A stretch of DNA of 60,124 nt, filler included, from Sphacelaria rigidula (lineage: Eukaryota), in assembly GCA_964200075.2 (NCBI GenBank). It is 8 parts of 8 records of this genome, joined end to end, with 100 filler letters (N's around TTAATTAATTAA, not from the genome) between each part and the next. Parts side by side here need not be neighbours in the genome. Positions count along the whole stretch, not along the records: positions 7,530 to 14,957 come from CAXNAA020014968.1; positions 15,058 to 22,485 come from CAXNAA020014969.1; positions 22,586 to 30,013 come from CAXNAA020014970.1; 5 more parts are not named here. One strand, given 5' to 3'. Below are positions 11,313 through 23,132 of the stretch, piece after piece; the stretch's first letter is position 1; every line of letters starts with the position of its first letter. The notes below the pieces were generated by a model. That model ran no database searches and was not told the DNA's origin. It saw nothing but the letters and a program-made list of their open reading frames with translations. Made by a program: the position numbers and the translations under genes.

Positions 11313-14059
11313 ACCCAAGTGCATGTTGTCGCAACTTGCTTGCAGGAGGAAAAGTAGTATGCGCACTGATTTTTTTGAATTTGCCATCTTCGACCTCGAG
11401 AGATGCTACTGATCCTCAACCCAAAAGTGCCGATCGCGCACCGCTTACAACTCGGCAACGAAGCGAGGGATTGGACTGCGGTTTCTTGCGTTTACTTCCC
11501 ACACACCCAAGCTATGTCGCCTCGTTTGGGTTTTGCGTTTGCGTGTGATGCTGACTCGCAATGACCTAAATATACTACAATAAGGTGATTTCTGCTTTGG
11601 GAGGGGGTTTTCGTGCCGCTGACGCGACGCCAGCAAAATACCAAACGTAAGCCCCTAGATCTTGTGTGTATGCGGGGGGGTGTCAAGTGCCGTGGACCGT
11701 CTTGCTTCCTGTGTCGAGAACCGCGCGATCTCCAGTGCTGCAGATTTCCCATACTCCACCAACTGAATAAGTGATGAAGTGTGTGTTCTGTTCGTGAGGG
11801 CCTCGGCACAGGTCCGACCACCTACTGACGCGTTCATTTTCCCCCCGCGTTATTTCTTATTTTGAATCTTGTGCCGATGTTTGGTCGTTAGGGCCCCCAA
11901 TCCTATCCATAACTGTACCTGTCTGTCCGTGGTACACACTGCATGTGGTGGAACAACAAATGACGGGGTATATCACCCCCTCTATCGGCGATGAGTTCTC
12001 GTCCCTCATCTCGAGAAGGCGGGTACTGCATTTCTCTGCAAACTTGCACTATCAAACGAGATCGACAAACCTCTTCAAGACCCCGTCTTTCCACGACGTC
12101 GCCATAGCAGGCTTCTACTCAAGGGAGACCGAGCAGTTCATCGCATGTGTGTCTTATGGTCGGCCGCCCACCACACTATCTCACGAGGAGGAGCTTCAAT
12201 TGGCCTCACCTGCGTACGTAGCGCGTCCAGATGGGACGGCGACGTAAATTTCCCTTGATATCACAAACCCTCCACGCTAGCAGCAGGTATCTCTCCCCTG
12301 CAGCCCCTACCCGTTATCATCCGCTTCGGCTGCGTGGTGGATGCAGTGTCGTTGTTCACACAATTTTCAAGGATTGTAGCCGAGGTGTCGTTTGATTGAT
12401 CAAAATCTTCCCGAGTATAACCTCCAGCACCAACCTGATAACACCCCCACATGCGCCAAATAAATAATAAAGGCTGCGTGAACGACAAAGATGTGGCCGC
12501 AAATGGTTATGATTACGCTTGATGACTATTTTCCCGCATCATGAGATCAAGTCGATCAATCGCTGGCGGTGTACAACACACACTTGCTGTACATCTGAGA
12601 GGAATAGTAGTGTGGACGGCACGATGGTCGATATGCGAGCCCATGTGTCACATATTTATTTGTCAGTTTCCAGTCGATTATGTTCCATGTGTCATACTTT
12701 GTCATGCTTGGTACCCGATGGGTCATACTATATTGTGTGATTGGATTGAGCAGCCTGCCCCCATGTGTTACAGCGTTTTGGACTATGCATCTCCACTGGC
12801 AAAGGACAAGTTAGCCTGTACGCCAATAATACAAGAGCATCTACGCCATCACGGACTGCGATCTCAGAGGATTCTCTGGTCATCACTAAATCTAAGCCTG
12901 ACCTCCATGCAAGATTTGTTGTTCTGGCGTCCGAGCGGCTCATCGGGTATGCAGCCTGACGCTGCGAATATGACTGGCTCTGCACTCGGTAACGTCGAGC
13001 TCAATGGATTCGATTTTCATGATTGTGTTTGAGCCCGCTAGCCCAGGTGCCCACTGAATTGGCGCCATTCCCAGCTACGCGGTGAGTATCGAACTATGAC
13101 ATGGTGTCCAACCCGTGCTTGTGTAGAGTCAACACTGACATGCTCCAAACACAAACTTTCGGAGGGGAGGTTTTGCTGGCGTGTGGGTCGGATCAGGTAA
13201 ATGTTACTTCTTTTATATAGAGTAAATAGTGCGCCTGTTCACAAATTGTAGTTTCCACAGCGTATCTTACCTGCAACATCATTTAGCATGTAGTAGACAG
13301 TGCTTTTGAAACTCACAACTTGGTGTCACTGGGATGTTTGAAGAGCATGTACAGTGAGCGTACTATGATAACTGCTGCAGAGATACCCCCCCCCCGAACC
13401 GGCCAAAAACGTGCACGGAGGCGATGGTCATAAATGCCGTTAGAGCTGGTTTCGTGCTGCACGACGCGACTCATTTTGGCGTTATAACTGATTTCGGACT
13501 GCCACACACCTCCCATGGGGGCGAAATTGCTGTAAACGAGCCCACTAGTGGGATTGCAGCCGGTCTATCGGACGGTCTCCGGTGCACTTTTTGTGGGGGA
13601 GCTATCTCGGCATTAGTCTGATGTTATGCTGCTTCGGCTCTTCGCACTCTTTTGTTTTGTCTACCTACCATACGCACGTCGAGCATAAATAGTTGAGCGT
13701 GGGCTATGTAGTTTGGTTTGCCCCGTGGGTGCGCTGTGCTCCGCACCCCCGGCGTTGCTCCGTTTTCTCGCACGCGTTGCACTGTCTTGAAATCATACCC
13801 AAGCAGAGCGCCACCAACGGCTTATGCACGAGCTCATCCGAGATGGTTCATCAGCACGCGCTACAATTTCCCATCTTGAACGAGCCCGATAGACGCTGCT
13901 GACGTCCAGAGTAAAAGCGAAATGACCTAGCCGATATAATTTAATGAAAGACAATACGGTCGACCGAGAATTGGACGAGTTGAACGAACCAGAGGGCCTA
14001 CAATTACTTCGGGGCGTTTCGGGACATCAGGCTTCAGACAGCTGCGGAAGCTGTGCAGC

Positions 14060-14289
14060 CGCGTTGTTGTTGTCTGTTGTTGTGGTTTTCGCTGTCGTTC
14101 TGTGCTGTTGTTCGTCGCTGCCGTGCCGCCGCTGTGTGTTGCTGCTGCTCGCCGCACGGCTGTGCTGTGTTTTTGTGCTGTTTTTCGTCGCTGCCGCGCC
14201 GCTGCTGTGTGTTGTTGCTGCTGCTGTGTGTTGTTGTTGCTGCTGTGTGTTGTTGGTTGTTGCTGCTGTGTGTTGTTGTCGTTGTCGTT

Positions 14290-14342
<53 letters not shown>

Positions 14343-14441
14343 TGTTGTTGTTGTCTATTATTACTGTTGTTGTTTGTTGTTTGTTGTTTGTTGTCTGTTG
14401 TTGTCTATTATTACTGTTGCTGTTGTTGTTGATGTGGTTGC

Positions 14442-14479
<38 letters not shown>

Positions 14480-14480
14480 T
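14060..14480. repeat. Compound trinucleotide microsatellite (GTT/GCT/GTC)n
   Basis: Pure (GTC)n at about 14289-14340 inside GTT/GCT arrays; the overlapping ORFs are homopolymer artefacts. Confidence 0.97.
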
Positions 14481-14882
14481 CCACCGTGCTTTCTGCTACC
14501 CTGGTTTTCTGTTGTTGTCCCGCTTGTTGTGTTATTTTTGCCTCTACCGCCTACTGTCGGCTGTACTTTTCTCGCTTGCTATCGCATCGCATGTTGTCAT
14601 GTGCACGCGTATTTTCCGCCCTCATGGTCTTTTTGAACCTTGCTTCGATCTGATAACACAGGTTTTATTTTGTCATTGTCGCCTGCATTGTATCACCTTC
14701 GCCTGACCTACACTGTTCACCCATAATATCACCGCTGTACCTAATCAGCAATGATTGTGTTCCAGGCATTCTCCATATTGTTTCGGTATTTTTGTTGCAT
14801 ATTGAATTACAATCAACCCACCATGATCAGTATGAATTTTGCTTTTTTATTGTGGCCATGGGGATTTGTGAAATGCACATGT

Positions 14883-14957
14883 ACCGGTCGCCCCGGTGGC
14901 TCAGTTGGTAACCTCGTAACCTTCTGATGGTTGAGTTGGGGGGTTCGATTCCCGGAG
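14883..14957 (+). mobile_element. 5' head of a tRNA-derived SINE, cut by the contig end
   Basis: A-box TGGCTCAGTTGG and B-box GGTTCGATTCCC; first 33 nt identical to the copy at 18325. Confidence 0.8.
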
Positions 14958-15057
14958 NNNNNNNNNNNNNNNNNNNNNNNNNNNNNNNNNNNNNNNNNNN
15001 NTTAATTAATTAANNNNNNNNNNNNNNNNNNNNNNNNNNNNNNNNNNNNNNNNNNNN

Positions 15058-15110
15058 CATACATACATACATACATACATACATACATACATACATACGT
15101 ACATACATAC
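15058..15110. repeat. (CATA)n microsatellite at the contig start
   Basis: About 13 CATA units read directly. Confidence 0.97.
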
Positions 15111-15330
15111 GTAGACACTGGGCAAGCTTTGAATATTTCAAGGTCAGATTTTCGGAATCGCATTTTTCGCTTACGAAGCTCCATCCTGTCACGACACATG
15201 CGAAGCTCAAAACGCTGAAATGCATAGTTTGGATTCTCGCTCCGCATGCCCTGATTCCCAAGGGCATGGACACTGGGAATGCTTTGAATGTGCCAAAGTT
15301 AGAGTTTCGGAAACACGGGATTTTACTGAC

Positions 15331-15690
15331 TGGGGATGAGAACCCGGAGAATACAATTCTTCGTATCCACACCAAATCTTCGAAACATGGTTCCATTTCT
15401 TCACTTGCTGGTAGCTATCGACAACTACTACACGCCATACAATTTTGGATTTCGGTAATCGAAATGTCGGGGTCCCAGGTGAAAAACCAATTTTGGCGTC
15501 CGATCGGATCACCAAAATCCCCGAAAATTGGGTTTTCACCTAGGACCCCGATATTTCGGTTATCGAAATCCAGACTTCTATTGCGTGTAGCAGTTGTCAA
15601 TAGCTACTAGCAAGTGAAGAGATGGAAGCATGCTTTGAAGATTTGGTGTGGATACGAAGAATTTTATTGTCCGGATTCTCATCCGCAATA
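15331..15690. mobile_element. Fold-back/MITE-like palindromic element, copy 1 (arms ~165 bp)
   Basis: 15331-15495 is the imperfect reverse complement of 15524-15688; homologous to the element starting at 17918. Confidence 0.85.
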
Positions 15691-17288
15691 AAAAAAAACA
15701 TCCCCAAGTTGTAGAAAACTCTATATTATTCTAATAAACCTACATCGACCCGGCAAATATTTCGCGTGCATTTGGATCCACCCACAACAGCGAGAATTCA
15801 CTGACGATGCTTATAAGTACACGATCGATCACTTTCAGTCGATATTGGCTCCAGTACCAGAAACTTCTCAGCAGAATTTGCACGAAGTTGATTTCATCCC
15901 AACGGTATTGCCGTACCGTGCGAGCTCCAGCTGAGATAGGGAGTATTCATTTGGGGCATGGACGTCCGTCTGGTCCACTTGACACCTGTTCAACGACCTG
16001 AGAGGTCAACCTGAGATCCCGCGTCCATCCGTGTTATATACAGTAGTCAGCGTCAGAAGTATGCAGAATTCGTAGTTCATTAGTTTTTCGAAGATTTTCC
16101 TAATTTATTTCGCTTGCCACCGCTCATCACAGTGACTGCTGGATGCCAAAAAATGGGCACTTGGAGATATTTCAATTTTCTTGACAAACATTGAAAGAAA
16201 AATATCTGCGATCAATATTGAGTGACTTACGGGCTTGACCGATCTTCTAGGGTCCTGCAAAAGTGCAACCCCAGGTTCTAGTTTTTTGGTATTTTCGGTT
16301 GACCGACTCGATCCCGATCATATAAATGAAGACTGAAAAATGATTACTTTCTTAATTTCCACCCATTCACTGCGCTAAAGTCGGGAAACTATGGTTCTTA
16401 CAACATTTACGGTCAATAACACCCTCCTGACAAACGGAGTCTTTACTCCGTATCGCCCCCACAACACCACCTCGGGTATTGTGATTTGAGCGCGGTCCGC
16501 TTAATTTGCTAAAATTATCGACGCTAGCACTTTCGAGTGCTCATGGAAAATGTTATGCAAAAAAAGAACGGAACGAGGCCATCCGAAGAAAATGCTAGAC
16601 TAAGGTCTATGCAGTATAGGAGGTAAAGACGATCTCGATCGTTATTGTAAAGAATTTTATGCGTATTTATCTATCTGAATATTTACCGTTTTGTTGCACA
16701 AGAGCCGGAAAATTGCTCTTGTTGGACCAAAAACGGTCAGTAACACTCTCCTGATAAACAGGGTACCTAATATTTCGCCCCACAAACACCAACTTGGGTA
16801 CTGCAGTTTGAGCGCGGCCTACGCTTTACCCCTAAGTCTACCGGCGATAGGACTTTCAAGTATTAATAAAGAATAGTACTCGAGAAAAGCTCAAAAACTA
16901 CAACTACTATGGATTCTGAAAACTTCTGATGCTGACTACTATATGCATCTGAGACATCCACGTGGGAGTCATGCTACGGTAGATTTGTATAGTTGGGTCT
17001 TTCTCATTCAGGGGCCCCTAAAGTTAGGAGCTACACACAGCTATGGGTCAGGATATTTATTGAACCCATTCGGGATATCCCTAGCCCATTGAAATGCTAA
17101 TCGTGGCGTGCTCATATCATATCAAGTTGTTTTTTCGGTTCAGGTACAGGGCTCTGAACTATTCGAACCTTGGAAATCATTTGTGCGCTCCTACTGTAGC
17201 ACCACACCTGGGACGTCAAACCCATCTGGGAACTCGCATCCATCTGGGACGTTAACCTGGGATGTCCGTGGCTGCGTATGCAGCAGCA

Positions 17289-17562
17289 CAGGTGTGACAC
17301 TTCTTCCGATAGCCCCCCCCCCCCCGAAGAAACAAAAATGCCTGGCTCGGGGAGGCAAAATCTTCACGTGAATCAAAATGGAAAAAGCCGAGCACAACGA
17401 GCGGCTGGGAATTCCCACGCTTGGGTTCGTTCTCGCCAATATCTCCCATATGAGGCGCTTCATGCAGCCTGAAGTCAAACATCACGCGCTGTATGATCAT
17501 TTTTTTCGTGACACTTTTGGGCTGGTTTTGGTGGGGGGCTATCGTAAAAAGCGTCGCGCCTA
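17289..17562. mobile_element. MITE with ~30-bp imperfect terminal inverted repeats
   Basis: CAGGTGTGACACTTCTTCCGATAGCCCCCC vs reverse complement TAGGCGCGACGCTTTTTACGATAGCCCCCC; no TSD recognised. Confidence 0.65.
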
Positions 17563-17917
17563 TGCTCTCATCAGTGTAGTACCCTGCATTGTGCTCTACA
17601 GGCGCATGCTAGCGAACATGTATGCTCTACCAGCTCACACTGCACAGTGCGCTAACACCGGACGCCAGCCTAAAGGTGTGCCTTACCAGCGCACTCCATA
17701 CCGTGCACTGCCAGCGTAAGCTAACCCTGAAGTACAGTCATTTACGCGCATGGTTTTCACGGTTTCGGGTCAGGGCGACGTTCAAGGCTGGGTTTCGGGT
17801 TGAGCTGGTTCACTTGCAGGAACCTAAATCCGGAACGATGGTTTCGGGGCAACGTGTGTTTCGGCAGGTAAGACGTTTCACGTGGGGGGACCGGATGGAT
17901 GTCCGAGGCAGAAAAAA

Positions 17918-18696
17918 ACACGTGATTCTACAAATTGGGGATGGATTATGAATTGGGGACGAGAACCCGGAGAATTCAAATCTTTGTTTCCACACCAACT
18001 CTTCGAAATATGGTTCAATTTATTCAATTGCTGGTAGCTATTGACAACTAATACACGTCATACGAATTTGGATTTCGATAACCGAAATATTGGGGTTCTA
18101 GGTGGAAAAACAATTTGGGGGAATTTTGGACCCAAAATTGGTTGTTCACCTGGGACTCCAATATTTCGGTTATCGAAACCCAAATTCGTATGACGTGTAG
18201 TAGTTGTCAATAGCTACCAGTAAGTGAAGAAATTGAACCATATTTCGAAGAGTTGGTGTGGGAATGAAGATTTGAATTCTCCGGGTCATCATCTCCAATA
18301 AATAACCCATCCCCAATTTGTGAAACCGGTCGCCCCGGTGGCTCAGTTGGTAACCTCAAAACCTTCTGACGGTTGGATCGTGGGTTCAATTCTCGGAGCG
18401 ATTTCGGATTTTTCTCACACCATGCCCCAACAGTGGAAAGCGACTATGTCGTGGGTACACAAAAATTCGACTTAACGGTCGACGAGGGAAAGGAACTGCC
18501 GAACCCCTTTCGCGGTACGAAATAAAGGCAAGCACCGTAGAAGGAAGGTGGAGTACTAAAAGCAAAAAAACAATCCTGTGTTGACCTTCCCCCTGTGTGA
18601 CCGCGGCTGATGCGTCCACATATACCGAAAGGTGTAGACTGGCGTCCAGAATAGACGGGACAACAACACACACACACAATTTGTAAAATCACGTGT
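17918..18696. mobile_element. Fold-back/MITE-like palindromic element, copy 2 (arms ~200 bp), right arm interrupted by a SINE
   Basis: The left end ACACGTGATTCTACAAATTGGGG is matched by CCCCAATTTGT[SINE]AAAATCACGTGT; the central spacer is short (~18120-18133). Confidence 0.88.
18325..18676 (+). mobile_element. Full-length tRNA-derived SINE (~350 bp) with (CA)n tail and TSD
   Basis: A-box 18339-18350, B-box GGTTCAATTC 18383-18392, CAA/CA tail; flanks CAATTTGTGAA (18314-18324) and CAATTTGTAAA (18677-18687). Confidence 0.88.
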
Positions 18697-19297
18697 GAAT
18701 ACCGACAATAACCCAAGCATCCCGCTTGGACATCCTAGGCGGACATCTCCGATGGACCTCTCTATGTTTCAGGTGGACATTTTACGTGATGTGTTCAGGA
18801 TGAAAATCTAACCCGTCAGAAAAAAATCCCGTTTCAATACAAATGTCTGTATCCAAATAAAGTTTGCACGATAACTCAGGGCTCCATCTCATATACGCTC
18901 CTCAAAATATGTTTGCACATTCACCTCATCAAAAAAAAAAACAGCTAGGGGAAAACAAACGACGTGTCTGAACTACTACTCGTGTTTCAAAAAGACCAAC
19001 CGGCGTGGTCGCTTCAGGAAAACGCAGCCGTCTGGGAATTTATATACATGCATCTGTGTTGCAACTCGCGAATCATTTCATTTCCACCCCAGGAGGTTAA
19101 ACACAGGATCGAAGGCGGTTGATCCTCAACTCAGAATGTCTGAAGCACATATTGTGGGATCCGAGTAAACAACGGCTAACAGCGATTGGGTGACGAAACT
19201 CAAATGTACATTCCGCGCACGGCTAGCTCACGAAAGCATTAAAACAACGAACCCTGCGGTATCACAATACTGTAATTCAAAAGAGACAAAGTCAATG

Positions 19298-20146
19298 CTA
19301 TCGCGGAGTCGGTGAGAATGACTCATGACGTTGAGCGTCATCAGAATCCCAGCCGTTGCTTCGGTTCCGCTCCCTATTAGCCACGAACCAATCCTCAGAA
19401 CGGTCTCTCGAACGGTCCACGAAACTGCCCGCACATCCGCCCCGGCTCGCAGAAGACCCCAAGATATGACGTTGACCATACCCCTCGGGAACTGGAGGGT
19501 TATCACCACCACGATGCCGAGAAGCACCTCCCGAAAAATCTGCGGAGCGGTGCACGTTGTCACGATTCCTCACGGAATGGTTCCCGGAACGGTCCCCGTG
19601 CCAGTACGAGGAACGTTCCGCTGGACGGATCTGGCCGCGGATCTCAGAATTGCCTACACCGGATGGACGCTGATGATACCCGGGAAAATGTCCACCACGT
19701 GGTTGCGAGGAAATATCAACGTAACTATTTCCTGGGGACAAACGTTCTACGAAATGTTCCTCCGACCGTGGGACACCTTGGTGTCGGTTCGCCGAACGAT
19801 CCAGGGATCGTTGCGTGCCACTGTTACCCCTGCAGCGCTGTGGCGACCACGATCTCGCTTGTTCTGTGCTATGTCGAAAGTCGTCACGGTTGACTTGTCC
19901 GTGTGACGCATCCTCGCGGTTAGGGTTCCGATGGCGATGTCGGGTCGATCGCTGCTGCAGTATGTCGTTGCGTGACCGTCCTCTTCCATAGCCCGCCGTC
20001 GTTCCTTCCACGTCTGCGCTAAGGTCCCATATCTCCAACGAATCTCCCACGTCGTCGTGGTTGTTATTGATATCATCGGACTCGACGCTCGCGTGACGAT
20101 GGCGCTGCTGATGATGTATTTTACCGATTCCAACAGCAGTCGGCAA
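19298..20146 (-). CDS. Hypothetical Arg/Ser/Gly-rich disordered coding segment, function unknown
   Basis: 282-codon non-repetitive ORF with the composition of a disordered protein; no recognisable domain. Confidence 0.4.
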   Translation of the reverse strand: MPTAVGIGKIHHQQRHRHASVESDDINNNHDDVGDSLEIWDLSADVEGTTAGYGRGRSRNDILQQRSTRHRHRNPNREDASHGQVNRDDFRHSTEQARSWSPQRCRGNSGTQRSLDRSANRHQGVPRSEEHFVERLSPGNSYVDISSQPRGGHFPGYHQRPSGVGNSEIRGQIRPAERSSYWHGDRSGNHSVRNRDNVHRSADFSGGASRHRGGDNPPVPEGYGQRHILGSSASRGGCAGSFVDRSRDRSEDWFVANRERNRSNGWDSDDAQRHESFSPTPR

Positions 20147-21358
20147 GGAAGGGAGAACAGCCCATGCCGGAAATTAAAAAGTAGGGGTTCGGGGGAAAAC
20201 AATCACTGAAACGGTTCTCCCATTCTAATGTACAGTAGTGGACGGTCTAACTATTCAGGGGTGTTTGGGGGTTTTCCTCGCGTCCTACTCTTTGATAGAA
20301 CTCGAAATTGCCAGCGTCGGTAGGTTTTGATACAATGTACATATCATCCTCGAAACACAGTGCCGAAGTCAGTGATAGTTGATGTGATCGCGCGATATGA
20401 GTATGTACCCCGTTTATCGGGAGGGTGTGATTGACCGTGAAACATTGTTTTTCGGCTCTAGTGCAATGAGTAGGTAGAATTTCAAGAACAAAAAAGTGTA
20501 CATTCCTTCAGATATATGAAAGGGATAGGCTTGATTGACGGAAAATACCGAAGAGTAAGAATCTGGGCAGAATGAAACGTAGCAGGGCCCCCGTTGACCG
20601 GTCAGCCCGTAAGTCACTCACTTTTGAGTGCAGACGATTTTTTTTATTGGAATGTAGAGCGGATACACATATCTTCAGGTCCCCAATGTGATGAGCGGTG
20701 GCAAGCGAAAAGAGTCCAAGAAAATCGCCAATTACGAAAAAATCACAAAATGCCACAAAATGAATAGTTAGACCGCCCACTACTGTACCACACTTTTGGT
20801 GCACCCGTACCGTTGTCATGGTCACGTTGTCGTGAATGCCCCCAGAGTCCGGGTACGCATCGAGGGGGAACGAGTTTACACGGAACAAGGCGAGCATTCC
20901 AGGCAAGAGAATTCAATAGAGTGACACCGGAGCGGTGAATATGCATAATACTCATCCCCTCAACCATCGTATATTTGATGAGAACAATCAAACGATCTTC
21001 TCATGTGTCGATATCTGTTTGCAAAAACATGCTAACTAACGCCTGAAACGTCTGTCATAGAGAGTTACTCGTCTTGTATCTACCGGCTGCCGGAACCAAA
21101 GCTTACATTATCACACAAGCCGAGCGCACGGATGCACGAAGTCGTCCGAAGAAAGGCGTCCAAAAGAACCCGTGGGCAGACAACACTCGGCCCATGAACA
21201 GTGGACAGACAACGTTCGCGGGAATAGAACAAGCTTGAAGAGCACACGATAAAACAACTGCTCTGATTTTACCAGATGTCAAGCGAAGACAAATGCCTTC
21301 TCTCCGAAAGAAATACTCTGATCGTAAGTACCGTTCCTATCTACCATCAAAGCCTCAC

Positions 21359-21603
21359 GTGTCTCGTAACGCCAGAGGCAGGAGCAGCAGCACCACCGCG
21401 TTCACCGTCGTTGATTTCGCGAACAAGGCCCGAATAACCGAGGCCTAGCTCCTGAATTCGAAGACACAGCCGGGCGTTGCACTCGAGCAAATCGTAACAG
21501 CGTTTGTCCAGCTCTTTCACGGACAGCTCACCACCTTCGGCATTTAACCTTGCGGTTCCCTGCTCCCCGGGGCCATCGGCGTCCGTAGCGGTAGTGGTGT
21601 TGA
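21359..21603 (-). CDS. Probable exon of a hypothetical (possibly decayed) gene, coiled-coil-like
   Basis: Pyrimidine tract plus CAG acceptor, donor CAC|GTGAGG; encodes ...LSVKELDKRCYDLLECNARLCLRIQEL... Confidence 0.4.
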
Positions 21604-22040
21604 CTGTCGTTAACGAGCATCGATAAGAAGAAAAAACAAACAATGCGGTGTCGAGGCATCTCGCAAGTTTCAGCCCAGGTTTCCCGCCCGAGCCCATATC
21701 GTGGCCAAAGATAACCGTCCTCGACAATGGCCTAATGCGCATCGATACTCGTCAGGCGGCCTCATCTGTTCTTATCACCAACCTCCACATTGTGGGGAGT
21801 AGTCTCCGGATAAATCTGCGACTCAGAAAATCGCAATGCTTTTGAAGCTACTGCATCTGTTCGAATTCTCCGACTCGCAATCGACTGGTGTCAATCTCTC
21901 AAAACAGTGTACATACAGCCTTGCTCCAAGGGTGGTAACGAGGTCTCCTACCCTCAGTAAACTTGAGATCAGTTTGGAGTATCTCTGCTCTCCTCCGTGC
22001 CCTTTCGAAGCACTTTCCCTTCAGTGCTGAAACGAAACTC

Positions 22041-22074
<34 letters not shown>

Positions 22075-23039
22075 TACTTGAAAAGTGAGAAGATTGCATC
22101 CGTTGACCTAGCTTGAAGGTCCTGCAACCAAGAACATAAATTATTGAAATCAAGAATCACAACCCTATTGCAAACAATTTGTGGCGATATCTACCGTAAG
22201 AACTACTAATACGAGATATGCATAGGGCAACGGTGTTGCTTTCATCTTGAAAGCGTGCGCACACCGTGAGATACGTATGGGGAAGACCTTTAGGTACGTA
22301 CTTTTCTCCCGTTTTGCTCGTAGCCGAAACTGTGACTGGTTATCACAATGCGCGGTTTGATGCGGGCGCGCGCGTGGAGAGGGGGAAGGTACTCATTTGT
22401 TGCTTGCCTTAGTCGTTTGACCATTGACCACGCATCCCTTTCGAGACGGAGCACGCTCTTTCGTGGGGAGGGAGTGGGGGGCGGGNNNNNNNNNNNNNNN
22501 NNNNNNNNNNNNNNNNNNNNNNNNNNNNNTTAATTAATTAANNNNNNNNNNNNNNNNNNNNNNNNNNNNNNNNNNNNNNNNNNNNCTTGCCTTAGTCGTT
22601 TTACCATTGACCACGCATCCCTTTCGAGACGGAGCACCGTTCCTACTCCTAATAGAGACACCTCCAACATTTTGGCGCTCATCACGTTTCTTCCATACAT
22701 TACACAAAAAAACTTTTACATATCTTACCCCCGTCCTGTTTCGCCGTCTGTCGCCACCATCTATATCCTAGTATAGCCATCGTTTTCTCCCTAGGGCGAG
22801 GGGGGGGAGGGCGTACTCATTCGTTGCTTGCCCTAGCCGTTCAACCATTGACCACGCATCCCTTTCGAGACGGAGCATGGGGACAACGCAATATAACGAA
22901 CCCGCGCCCACCACATGCTCAATAGAACGAAAGGATGCGTTCATATATACATATCGTAAACTGTACATCATATCCATCCATTTACGGTAGTTCTTCCTAT
23001 TAACCAATTACCATTTACCATGTTCTCTCATGTTCTCGC

Positions 23040-23132
23040 CTGAATGGAAAGGAGCACTTGCAGCAGGGACGCATCCGGTGACCACATCATCTCGGGCGAG
23101 CCACTCCAGGTACCCAACAGCGAAAGGCACAC
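23040..23132 (-). CDS. E2 gene exon with the catalytic cysteine
   Basis: 93 nt encoding VCLSLLGTWSGSPEMMWSPDASLLQVLLSIQ; acceptor GAGCAG|GTG, followed by CAG|GCGAGA (probable GC donor). Confidence 0.92.

Noticed and set aside
13470..13505. ITDFGL as a kinase DFG motif
   Set aside because: No catalytic-loop or APE motif at appropriate spacing.
13927..14706. Long ORFs of 160-217 aa
   Set aside because: Stop-free only because of trinucleotide microsatellites.
14883..14957. Functional tRNA gene
   Set aside because: A and B boxes are present but no convincing acceptor or anticodon stems, and the second copy continues into a SINE body with tail and TSD.
14883..15110. (CATA)n as the tail of the SINE at 14883
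   Set aside because: They are on different contigs separated by an artificial spacer.
19298..23040. Downstream exons of the E2 gene in 19298-22485
   Set aside because: Different contig, and no EPYFNEPG-like sequence was found there.
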